A stretch of DNA of 64,000 bases from a virus. Positions 7,444 through 15,626 of the stretch are shown one piece after another (positions within the stretch are counted from its first letter, which is position 1; every line of letters begins with the position of its first letter). The DNA lies in IMG/VR virus record IMGVR_UViG_3300047553_000733, positions 1-64,000 of that record. One strand, given 5' to 3'. Made by a program: the position numbers and the translations under genes. The notes under the pieces were generated by a model. The model was not told the origin of the DNA, ran no database searches, and saw nothing but the letters and a program-made list of their open reading frames with translations.

Positions 7444-8104
7444 TGGTAAGCTCCTGCATAAGTGGAAAGATTTTGCTGATAATGGTAGCACATTCTTTAG
7501 CTACCAGCTGGTGCTCAAGTTGTGTGCCATTAGCACTACGCAATTCAATAAAGTGTACCCACGATCTCAGTGTACCATTCATGTAGAGTCGCGACTCCAT
7601 AAGACCCTCAGGCAACACGGCTCTGGCCTGTTCCTTAGCAATGCCATTTTTAACGGCCCAGTCATAGGCTTCACCAGCCTCACGAATCACACGTTTTTGG
7701 CGCTCTTGCCAAAATGTTTGTAATTGCAGATTGTCTGTGTGCACACTATTTTGGCGATTCTTTGGGTCTTGCATCCTAGCTTCCCGCAGCACAAAGTTTA
7801 GATCTTGTGTTGGATCAGCATAGCGTTGCGAAAACTCCTGAAAGCTAAAGCTTCGGTGTCGCAAGATTTGGCGTGCAATATCGCGAGTGGTAGTAATCTC
7901 TAAACAAGCACTGACCATCTCCAGCGGAGACCAGTGTTTGTGTTTAACCAAGTACTTGATTAGCTTTTCACTAGTTTCAGTATTTAGTTGGTTGCTGGGA
8001 TTGCTAACACGAGCACAGAAAGCAATTAGGTCTTGTGCGTCCTGCAACCCCTGCTCAATAAATTCAGCACTTGGCTGACTATAGCTAATAAGTTTAACTT
8101 GCAT
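7436..8104 (-). CDS. thyX: flavin-dependent thymidylate synthase
   Basis: HWSPLE and RQILRHRSFSFQEFSQRY (RHRx7S signature). Confidence 0.95.
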   Translation of the reverse strand: MQVKLISYSQPSAEFIEQGLQDAQDLIAFCARVSNPSNQLNTETSEKLIKYLVKHKHWSPLEMVSACLEITTTRDIARQILRHRSFSFQEFSQRYADPTQDLNFVLREARMQDPKNRQNSVHTDNLQLQTFWQERQKRVIREAGEAYDWAVKNGIAKEQARAVLPEGLMESRLYMNGTLRSWVHFIELRSANGTQLEHQLVAKECATIISKIFPLMQELTSE

Positions 8105-8233
8105 GATTAATAAAGTAATAATAAAAATTGATTTTAATTAGGTGCGTGAGCTGTTGTGGATAATGTTCGTGCAAAGATTGCAGGTATTCCTCGCCGTACA
8201 GCTCACGCAGTTTGTTCACAAATTGCTCTTGTG

Positions 8234-8980
8234 TCATACAACAATAGACATAAATGGGTCAAAATGATTGTACTCGTTCGGATAACCCATAGGGTTACAC
8301 ACAAGTCTAGTACTACCAAGTTTATGATTCATTGCGTCATGTGTGTGACCATACATCCACACAGTATTGTCTAGAGTTTCAATCCAGCTGCCAAGATCGT
8401 TGGCAAAATACTTATTTAATGCCTGGCCAGCATACTTGTGGTGAACACACTCCATAGCTGGCAAAAAGTGAGTAACGATTACTTTTTTGTGAGTAGGGTA
8501 CTGTTTATAAACACGCTTGATCCAAGCCTCGTCATTGTAGTACAAAGCTTTGCACATCGCAGGCTTAAACCCTTTAATTACCCTGAAGTCACTAATAGAA
8601 ATCTTGCAGACATCCTCAATATTTGGATTTTCACCAAAATTAGTCCACAGCGTGCCACCAAAGAAAACTACGCCGTCTTTAACCAATTTAGTGCCTGGAC
8701 GCAGTAATGTTACATCCCGATGATGACAAATAATTTCTAGATCTGCCATTACTTCTGTATAATAGTTGCCGTAAAACTCGTGATTGCCAGGCACATACAC
8801 AATCTTCCTGTGACCTGCAAGCAAAAACATATCCAAGACTTTGGCCACATTATTAGCACCCACGGCAATATCTCCGGCCAGCACAGTAACATCTTCGCCA
8901 CTGTGCTTCAGGAATTGCTGGTGTGTAAAAGTATCTGGCCTGAACTCGTGGTGTAGGTCGCTGAGCAGTCTGATTTTCAT
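8234..8980 (-). CDS. calcineurin-like metallophosphoesterase
   Basis: SDLH, AGD, PGNHE, GHTH motifs. Confidence 0.9.
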   Translation of the reverse strand: MKIRLLSDLHHEFRPDTFTHQQFLKHSGEDVTVLAGDIAVGANNVAKVLDMFLLAGHRKIVYVPGNHEFYGNYYTEVMADLEIICHHRDVTLLRPGTKLVKDGVVFFGGTLWTNFGENPNIEDVCKISISDFRVIKGFKPAMCKALYYNDEAWIKRVYKQYPTHKKVIVTHFLPAMECVHHKYAGQALNKYFANDLGSWIETLDNTVWMYGHTHDAMNHKLGSTRLVCNPMGYPNEYNHFDPFMSIVV

Positions 8981-9066
8981 GGATAATCCTAAAAGTTATA
9001 TAATATTATATCAAAAACAAAAAGGGCTAGCAAGTCAAAATTTATGACTGTGCTAGCCCCTGCAGT

Positions 9067-9543
9067 TTAATGGTAGAACACGTGATTGCCGATCACTTTG
9101 TGGTTAATCTTTGTTTGACCATGTTCTATAGTTTTATTGTGAAAGTATGTAAAGTTAAAGTTCTTGATAAATAACTTTCCAGTAAACACACCAAAAGCAA
9201 TCTCTTTGGCTTCTTGCCAAGCCTTTTTGTCTACTATCTTTGTATCCATAGTAGTCCAACTAAACTGTGGTATACCTTTTACTTGTTGATAAACAACATC
9301 GCAAACTGTACTAGGCCACTTAGTTTTATGATTTGCTCGGTTCATTGTTACCTGTGCAACAGCAATTTTTCCTAGTTGTGATTCCCCACGAGCTTCGTGG
9401 TATATATTCTTAGTTAAGCAATAAAGTTCTTTTAAAGTTTCTTGTGAGTATTCTTTTATTGGTTCTGTAGATTTTGCAAAATGTATAGGAAAACTTAATG
9501 CCGTTGCTACTAGTGCTATGCGCAGTGTTAGTAGCACGCTCAT
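9067..9543 (-). CDS. SleB/CwlJ-like cell wall hydrolase (Hydrolase_2)
   Basis: CLTKNIYHEARGES, AVAQVTMNR, QFSW, IGNHVFY; signal-peptide-like N-terminus. Confidence 0.9.
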   Translation of the reverse strand: MSVLLTLRIALVATALSFPIHFAKSTEPIKEYSQETLKELYCLTKNIYHEARGESQLGKIAVAQVTMNRANHKTKWPSTVCDVVYQQVKGIPQFSWTTMDTKIVDKKAWQEAKEIAFGVFTGKLFIKNFNFTYFHNKTIEHGQTKINHKVIGNHVFYH

Positions 9544-9699
9544 TTCTACGCTCCTTAAAACAAAGTTGATAAGTCTCAATTATATAGCACTGGGTAAAAA
9601 ATTTCAAGTCGGAGTTTAACTGGGTCGGCGCCAAACACAAAAAATTGTGGCTTGAAAATTATTTGCCGCGGTGTTATAATAGTTGGACAGGAGCAACAA

Positions 9700-9897
9700 A
9701 TGTCTGAATCTAACGAATACACGCAACAACTGGAAAATTTAATTACCAGGACTTTATTACCAGTATATGAACAGTATTGTAAACAAAATGGACTCAATAT
9801 ATACGAATCTGGAATACCAGTAAACTTGTTATATTCGCTAAAGTTAAGATCTAAACCTGTAGCAGCATTGTTGCGAGAAAAAAATTCGGGGTGTTAA
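9700..9897 (+). CDS. hypothetical protein
   Basis: AGGAG RBS and upstream promoter. Confidence 0.6.
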   Translation: MSESNEYTQQLENLITRTLLPVYEQYCKQNGLNIYESGIPVNLLYSLKLRSKPVAALLREKNSGC

Positions 9898-9902
9898 GCT
9901 TT

Positions 9903-10146
9903 TGACCCTGAACCGCAGTAGTTGCAAGAAACAACTCAAATTGCTTTAAAATTCTGCATCGAAGCCAAGGCCAGCAAGCTGCGGCGGGACAGCTAGAATG
10001 AATGTAGCGTAATTCCCATTGCTGTGGGGTGCTACCGACCCTACCTAAGGGTAGGGTCACTCAAGCTAATCAATAGTGGTTGGCTTGATTGACCCTAAAC
10101 CGCGGTGCCCTATGGGGCCGCACTAGTTTGCCTAAAAGGAAACGCA
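9903..10146 (+). promoter_or_regulatory. structured 5' leader of hsp20 (possible thermometer/ncRNA)
   Basis: Series of hairpins; last (GTTT-GCCT-AAA-AGGA-AAC) covers the RBS; two motif copies. Confidence 0.45.
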
Positions 10147-10560
10147 ATGACAAAATTTGGATTACAAGAGTTAAATCGCAATCTTATTGGATTTGACAGA
10201 CTATTTCAGCAAGCAGAAGCTAAACTACAAAACATTACAAGCTATCCACCACATAACGTGATTAAACTGGACGAGCATGGTGACAAGTATGTTGTAGAAT
10301 TTGCAGTAGCTGGATTTCAAAAACAAGATGTACAACTAGAAGTAGTTGATCAAACACTGGTAGTGCGCGGACAACGCGAACAAGAGTCGTTTGGTACTTA
10401 TGTATATCATGGCTTAGCAAAGCGCAGCTTTGTAAAGCAAATCGCACTTAGTGAATATGTAGAAGTTACTGGTGCAAAACTAGAACACGGTATTCTTGCG
10501 GTTCACCTAGAACGCAAAGTCCCAGAGGCTATGAAGCCCAAACAGATTGAGATTAGTTAA
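10147..10560 (+). CDS. small heat shock protein (Hsp20/IbpA-like)
   Basis: IGFDRLF, YPPHNV, AVAGF, HGLAKRSF, GAKLEHGIL. Confidence 0.95.
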   Translation: MTKFGLQELNRNLIGFDRLFQQAEAKLQNITSYPPHNVIKLDEHGDKYVVEFAVAGFQKQDVQLEVVDQTLVVRGQREQESFGTYVYHGLAKRSFVKQIALSEYVEVTGAKLEHGILAVHLERKVPEAMKPKQIEIS

Positions 10561-10596
10561 CTAACCTTAGGGCGGCTACGACCGCCCTTTTTAATC

Positions 10597-10974
10597 ATGC
10601 CTAAATTAGACGAACAATTAACAGAACAGTTAGAACTTAACATTGTGGTCGGTGAACACCGTCCACAGGGCAGTGCCATGAAATTTGATATGGACAAGCT
10701 GCCGCTGCACTTGCTGAGCACAGAAGCACTTAATCAAACAGCGGCTGTGCTGAAGTTCGGAGCAGACAAGTATGCAGAACACAACTGGCGAAAGGGCTTT
10801 GTTTGGAGCCGTCCCATGAGTGCCGCAATGAGACATATTACAGCATTTAATGCTGGTGAAGATGTCGACCCAGAATCAGGACTGTCACACCTAGCACACG
10901 CTATGTGTTGTATTATGTTCCTGTTAGAATTCCAAAAAACTCACCCTGAGTTAGACGATCGTTATAAGCCGTAA
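10597..10974 (+). CDS. dATP/dGTP diphosphohydrolase-domain protein (DUF5664-like)
   Basis: KFDMDK, VLKFGADKY..HNWRKG, AAMRH, DPESGLSHLAHA. Confidence 0.85.
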   Translation: MPKLDEQLTEQLELNIVVGEHRPQGSAMKFDMDKLPLHLLSTEALNQTAAVLKFGADKYAEHNWRKGFVWSRPMSAAMRHITAFNAGEDVDPESGLSHLAHAMCCIMFLLEFQKTHPELDDRYKP

Positions 10975-11189
10975 TGTACAAACGTTTAGTAAAGCATTTA
11001 GACAGAACTCGTAAATCCCTGTGGGAAGTATGCCGCGAGTTAGGTATAGACTACGACGAAGTAGACATATACACACTAGAAAAACAAATAACGCAGTGCA
11101 CACACTGTGATATCTGGACAAAGCAACCTGTTTTGGATCTAGACGGCAATCCCATTTGCAAAGTATGCTTAGGTATAAGTGGATTATAA
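10974..11189 (+). CDS. small zinc-finger protein
   Basis: CTHC...CKVC. Confidence 0.7.
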   Translation: MYKRLVKHLDRTRKSLWEVCRELGIDYDEVDIYTLEKQITQCTHCDIWTKQPVLDLDGNPICKVCLGISGL

Positions 11190-11190
11190 C

Positions 11191-11619
11191 ATGGCTAAAA
11201 TTACAGATACAATAAACTATACCTGGATGACACAGCCACCCAGACACAGCATACCACAAGAAGGCAACTTTAGACGCTGGCTTTTTGTGGATGAAACTGG
11301 TCGCATAGGCAGTGCCACAGCAGCTACAATGGCTGCTAGTATTGGTATAAATGCTCGTGTTGTTGGCACAGACTTTAATAACTGCCTTCAACCAATTTCA
11401 CCTATACTGATAAACTGGGCAGAAAAAATAATCTTTTTAAATCAAACTAGTTACGATCAAGCTGTTGCGCTACTAAACACATCTACGTATAGTAATGTTT
11501 TAAACACATTACAATCAAAGTCACAAGTATTAAATATTCCCAGCACGTTTGTGTATATGGAATATGGCTTACAAGAAACTATTAAACAGCAGATGCCAGA
11601 CTTAACTGTGATTAATTAA
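11191..11619 (+). CDS. LMW protein-tyrosine-phosphatase-like protein, degenerate active site
   Basis: Paralogue of 11684 but FVDETGRIGS replaces C-x5-R. Confidence 0.7.
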   Translation: MAKITDTINYTWMTQPPRHSIPQEGNFRRWLFVDETGRIGSATAATMAASIGINARVVGTDFNNCLQPISPILINWAEKIIFLNQTSYDQAVALLNTSTYSNVLNTLQSKSQVLNIPSTFVYMEYGLQETIKQQMPDLTVIN

Positions 11620-11683
11620 AAAAATATTGTCTTGAAATGTTGAGTTGATCAGTGTATAATATTATCTTTAGTCGGAGAATGTT

Positions 11684-12115
11684 ATGAACATGGCAACACC
11701 ATTCTTGAAAGGCACAAAAAATGCACAAATATTTAGCACAACAGCACCCTATGATAACTTTTATCAAGGTTTGGATCATCGTTGGCTTTTTGTGTGCAGT
11801 GCTGGCCTCCTGCGAAGCCCAACCGGTGCCAGGGTTGCTACCATAAAAGGTATAAATGCTCGTAGTTGCGGCAGTGCTGTGGGCTGGGCGCTGATTCCTA
11901 TTTCGGCAAACTTGATTAACTGGGCACAAAAGATTATTTTTGTGTGCAGTGATAACTACGACCAAGCACTAGACCTATTCAAAGATGTTGGTGACCTACA
12001 CTATCAGTTAGTGACTAAAAGTGTTGTACTGGACATTCCTGATATGTTTGAGTATATGGAACCACAACTAGTAGAGATATTCAATCAGCAATTGTTCAAT
12101 GCTGGCTCAAACTGA
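11684..12115 (+). CDS. LMW protein-tyrosine-phosphatase-like protein
   Basis: LFVCSAGLLRSPT (C-x5-RS), INWAQKIIFV, LDIPD. Confidence 0.85.
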   Translation: MNMATPFLKGTKNAQIFSTTAPYDNFYQGLDHRWLFVCSAGLLRSPTGARVATIKGINARSCGSAVGWALIPISANLINWAQKIIFVCSDNYDQALDLFKDVGDLHYQLVTKSVVLDIPDMFEYMEPQLVEIFNQQLFNAGSN

Positions 12116-12188
12116 CTGTAGCTCAGAAGGATAGAGCAATAACCTTCTAAGTTATTGGTCGGGGGTTCGAATCCCTCCAGTCAGGCCA
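12112..12188 (+). tRNA. tRNA-Arg(UCU)
   Basis: Cloverleaf, loop CTTCTAA, encoded CCA. Confidence 0.95.
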
Positions 12189-12254
12189 GAAATTATTTTG
12201 TTGATTTACTCATCTTTATATTATATAATATAGTCTGTTCTGTGGAGAAATAAC

Positions 12255-12452
12255 ATGGCTGCTTATACAAAAGAATTTTTAGTTGCTGCTTACATGAGCA
12301 GATTTATCAAGTGTAGTTTGATTACTATTGAACAGCTTGAAAGTCTTGAACTGCAAGCCAACACATTCTATGATAAAGTTGGCCGTGATAAGTTTCGCAC
12401 ATACGCTAGCTTAGATGCCGAAGCTATCAGACTATACAAGGCTGAGCTATGA
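12255..12452 (+). CDS. hypothetical protein
   Basis: GGAG RBS, upstream promoter. Confidence 0.65.
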   Translation: MAAYTKEFLVAAYMSRFIKCSLITIEQLESLELQANTFYDKVGRDKFRTYASLDAEAIRLYKAEL

Positions 12453-12637
12453 TAGTTGAAAGTGTTGGACGCCTGTGGCGTTGGGTAAGAGATAGGCAAG
12501 TTGTAGAAGTACAACGACAAATGCTTGATCCTAAAACTCACAAAACCTGGTACGAATACCATACGCTAATCTATAATGCTCAAGCCAAAGTAGTAGAATC
12601 TGAAGCAGTCGGCACAAAGTTTGATAAAACAGTTTAA
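12449..12637 (+). CDS. hypothetical protein
   Basis: ATGA overlap with previous ORF. Confidence 0.6.
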   Translation: MIVESVGRLWRWVRDRQVVEVQRQMLDPKTHKTWYEYHTLIYNAQAKVVESEAVGTKFDKTV

Positions 12638-12653
12638 ATTAAGTCCCGTCCCA

Positions 12654-12822
12654 CTTGTTGCCACAGTCCCTAGTGGTTAGCAGTGCACCGCGACGCTATA
12701 TGACCGCCTGGCACATATAGGTAAAACATACGAGTGATGGTGGACTGCGTATGCGGATATTTTAGACCTGCGGGCCGTCGCCCAATAGTAGCAAGACAAT
12801 ATAGCACAGTTTAGGGACTGTG
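12654..12822 (+). ncRNA. candidate pseudoknotted structured RNA
   Basis: CTTGTTGC/GTAGCAAG and GCGACG/CGTCGC stems; CACAGTCCCTA can pair with distal TAGGGACTGTG. Confidence 0.5.
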
Positions 12823-12823
12823 C

Positions 12824-12903
12824 CTATATTTTAGCACAGCACTTCACTGATAAGGAAGACTGGTCGGCTGTATTCAACTGGCTAGTGCTGTGCTAAAATA
12901 TAG
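12824..12903 (+). ncRNA. stem-closed small RNA with Ile(GAU) anticodon-like loop
   Basis: Perfect 20-bp inverted repeat enclosing CTTCA-CTGATAA-GGAAG. Confidence 0.55.
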
Positions 12904-12904
12904 T

Positions 12905-12980
12905 GTCCCGTTCATCTAGTGGCCAAGGATAGTGCCCTTTCACGGCATTCACGCGAGTTCGAATCTCGCACGGGACGCCA
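12905..12980 (+). tRNA. tRNA-Glu(UUC)
   Basis: Cloverleaf, loop CTTTCAC, CCA. Confidence 0.95.
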
Positions 12981-12989
12981 CAATTTCAA

Positions 12990-13073
12990 GCCCCGGTGGT
13001 GTAATGGTAGCCACGCTGGTCTTAGAAGCCAGTGCCGAAAGGCGTGCGAGTTCGAGTCTCGCCTGGGGCACCA
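12990..13073 (+). tRNA. tRNA-Leu(UAG)
   Basis: Type II cloverleaf, loop CTTAGAA, CCA. Confidence 0.95.
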
Positions 13074-13248
13074 GTTAATTTTTATGGGTCAATGCAAAAG
13101 ACTTCCACACCCTAACTGCTAAGGGAGAAAATTGCCTTATTACGCTAGCTTGGAATGCTAGGTAGCTTGGTGTAGCGTATAATGCACTTGTAAGGTAGGC
13201 CGCCCACGATTGCCTTTAAAATGACAGCAGTACCCATAAAAATTAACT
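13073..13248 (+). ncRNA. stem-closed structured RNA, about 176 nt
   Basis: Perfect 17-bp terminal inverted repeat, internal helices, potential pseudoknot ACTGCT/AGCAGT. Confidence 0.55.
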
Positions 13249-13274
13249 TGACACACAATACTATTTAGTATATA

Positions 13275-13499
13275 ATGACAGTACAAGAACTAATAAACAA
13301 ACTACAACAATTTGACCCTACCCTGCCCGTCGTGCTTAGTGGCTACGAGGGCGGGGTATACTTGCCTGAGCACGTCAACATTGTGCTTATGGCAGAAAAT
13401 GTCAATGACGCCTGGTATTACGGACCACACGAAATTGTGTGGCCTGATATCAATGAATTCACAGACTACAAAAAATTTCACGGAGTTTATATAAAATGA
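13275..13499 (+). CDS. hypothetical protein
   Basis: MTVQELINKLQQFDP start. Confidence 0.7.
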   Translation: MTVQELINKLQQFDPTLPVVLSGYEGGVYLPEHVNIVLMAENVNDAWYYGPHEIVWPDINEFTDYKKFHGVYIK

Positions 13500-13813
13500 A
13501 TACCTATACCCCAGATCGTTGGGTTGTGTTGCGTATTACTTACGGCAGTGAAACTATTGATAAAGTGCTAGCTGGTTGGTACGGCGGATTCGCTGGTAGC
13601 GATCACTGGAAACTTAACAGTGGTATCCTTCACACCGAGGAGTTTGATAACCGCTTTGAGTTTTACGGCTACAGTGGTAGTGTTTATGTGTGTTATAAAG
13701 CAGCACACGGATTTACTAGCTTAACTCGTAGTATGCTAGCTAGTTGGCAAAACAAAGAAAATATAGATATTAAAATACTAGAAGAAAAATACAATGTTCG
13801 ATCAACAAATTAA
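13496..13813 (+). CDS. phage hypothetical protein
   Basis: YTPDRWVV, WYGGFAGSDHWKLNSGI, GYSGSVYVC. Confidence 0.8.
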   Translation: MNTYTPDRWVVLRITYGSETIDKVLAGWYGGFAGSDHWKLNSGILHTEEFDNRFEFYGYSGSVYVCYKAAHGFTSLTRSMLASWQNKENIDIKILEEKYNVRSTN

Positions 13814-14792
13814 ACGGATCGGCTTTGCGTGTAAAATTCAAAGTGAACACGACAAAGCAGACCCTAAACTGAATACAAAAACAACTACACTAACTTGGTT
13901 AAATAACCAAACACGCGACAAAGCTGTTGAGAAACTGTGGATGGTGATGGAGCACAATGCTCAAGCACTAAAGCAACAACTCAACTGGGTAGGGAAACAG
14001 CCCAAGGGTCAGCGTATGTTTCGACTTAGCAGTGACCTGTGTCCTGCATATACTCACGACGACTGGACATGGTGGTACTTTGAACCAGATGTTCAGCGAT
14101 ACATGGAAAAACACTACGGCGAGATTGGTGAACTCATCCGTACACACGATATCAAGGCCAGCTTTCACCCAGGCCAATTTTGCGTACTAGCATCGGAGCA
14201 TGATGGAATTGTTGATAACAGCGTGGCTGAGTTTGAGTATCATTGCGACCTCATCCGCTACATGGGTTTTGGTAAGTCATTTCAAGACTTTAAGTGCAAT
14301 GTTCACATCGGCGGTAAGCGCGGACCTGACGGAATTAAAGCTGCTCTAAAAAAGCTGAGTCGCGAAGCACGAAACACTATCACCATTGAAAATGCTGAGT
14401 ACACATGGGGTCTTGACGCTAGCCTAGAGCTTGCACAAGACTGTGCACTGGTGCTTGACATACATCACCACTGGATTAATACCGGAGAATATATAAGTGC
14501 AGACAATCCTAAACTTCAACCCATTTGGGATAGCTGGCGCGGAGTTAGGCCTACCATTCACTACTCTGTCAGCCGTGAAGATTGCTTGGTCGACCACGAC
14601 CCAACAACAAAACCCGATCTGGCAGAACTCAAGCGTATGGGCTTTACCAGTGCAAAACTTCGCGCACACAGCGACTACTACTGGAACTCAGAAGTAAATA
14701 AATGGGCCTTGACTTTCTTAGACAAAGCTGATATAATGTGTGAATCAAAACAAAAGAACTTGGCAAGCAGCGAGCTTGCCAAGCTTTTGTAA
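13794..14792 (+). CDS. uvsE: UV damage endonuclease (UvsE/UVDE)
   Basis: RIGFACK, FRLSSD, HPGQF, TIEN, LVLDIHHH, AHSDY, DIMCESKQK. Confidence 0.9.
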   Translation: MFDQQIKRIGFACKIQSEHDKADPKLNTKTTTLTWLNNQTRDKAVEKLWMVMEHNAQALKQQLNWVGKQPKGQRMFRLSSDLCPAYTHDDWTWWYFEPDVQRYMEKHYGEIGELIRTHDIKASFHPGQFCVLASEHDGIVDNSVAEFEYHCDLIRYMGFGKSFQDFKCNVHIGGKRGPDGIKAALKKLSREARNTITIENAEYTWGLDASLELAQDCALVLDIHHHWINTGEYISADNPKLQPIWDSWRGVRPTIHYSVSREDCLVDHDPTTKPDLAELKRMGFTSAKLRAHSDYYWNSEVNKWALTFLDKADIMCESKQKNLASSELAKLL

Positions 14793-14800
14793 TTAAATTT

Positions 14801-14879
14801 CGGGGTGTAGGCTAGCCTGGTTTAAGTCGCTGCGTTTGGGACGCAGAGATCGTGAGTTCGAATCCCACCACCCCGACCA
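14801..14879 (+). tRNA. tRNA-Pro(UGG)
   Basis: Cloverleaf, loop TTTGGGA, CCA. Confidence 0.95.
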
Positions 14880-15060
14880 TTTAGTTTGTGTGTTGCTAGA
14901 ACACCGATTCGGTTCGGGGCTTTGCAATCCTGAGACCACAGACACCTAGGAAGGTTTGTGGGTATGGTTTGACCCTAAGCATAGGCCAGTGTCGCGAACT
15001 GGGTAAACTTAGGGCACTGGCTTAGCGGCTAGGGTAGTAAAGAGCGCACAAACTAAATGG
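14877..15060 (+). ncRNA. stem-closed multibranch RNA between tRNA-Pro and tRNA-Ala
   Basis: CCATTTAGTTTGTG/CACAAACTAAATGG terminal stem; at least 4 internal hairpins. Confidence 0.55.
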
Positions 15061-15130
15061 GGGATTAGTGCTAATGGGAACACGCGTGCTTTGCAAGCAT
15101 GAGTTGGGAGTTCGATCCTCCCATCCTCCA
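15059..15130 (+). tRNA. tRNA-Ala(UGC)
   Basis: Loop TTTGCAA, G3:U70 pair; CCA not encoded exactly. Confidence 0.9.
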
Positions 15131-15147
15131 CCCACTAGGAGCACAAT

Positions 15148-15366
15148 ATGTGGCGTAATTCATTGGGTCAGTATACATTGAATGCTGTATTTGTACCTGC
15201 TTGGTATAATACAAAACGAGAAAAATTTAAACCAATAGAATATAAAAGGATTGATTGTGAAATTACAGAAACCGAAACAACGAAACCCATTTGTGGCACT
15301 GGCCATGAAGCGGAAAGCGGGATCACACCGAAAGACAAACAAACAACTACGCAAGCAACTGAATAA
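15148..15366 (+). CDS. hypothetical protein
   Basis: AGGAG RBS. Confidence 0.45.
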   Translation: MWRNSLGQYTLNAVFVPAWYNTKREKFKPIEYKRIDCEITETETTKPICGTGHEAESGITPKDKQTTTQATE

Positions 15367-15412
15367 GCTTACACAGGAGTCTTCTATAAGTGTATAATGT
15401 ACATTTATAGAA

Positions 15413-15513
15413 GGCCCCGTAGCTTAATTGGTTAAAGAACCGAGCTTATACCTCGGCATAGCGCTGTCTAGATAAGGCAGAGTGTGGGGGTTCGAGTCCC
15501 TCCGGGGCTACCA
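15413..15513 (+). tRNA. atypical tRNA with UAU anticodon (Ile) and 29-nt variable arm
   Basis: Acceptor GGCCCCG/CGGGGCT, CCGAG-CTTATAC-CTCGG, T arm GGGGG-TTCGAGT-CCCTC, ACCA end. Confidence 0.8.
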
Positions 15514-15518
15514 TAATA

Positions 15519-15610
15519 GGAAGTGTGGCCGAGTGGCCGAAGGCAGCGGCTTGCTAAGCCGTCAGTCGCAGAAATGCGGCTCGTGGGTTCGAATCCCACC
15601 GCTTCCACCA
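15519..15610 (+). tRNA. tRNA-Ser(GCU)
   Basis: Type II cloverleaf, loop TTGCTAA, CCA. Confidence 0.95.
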
Positions 15611-15626
15611 ATAACAAGGATTGAGT

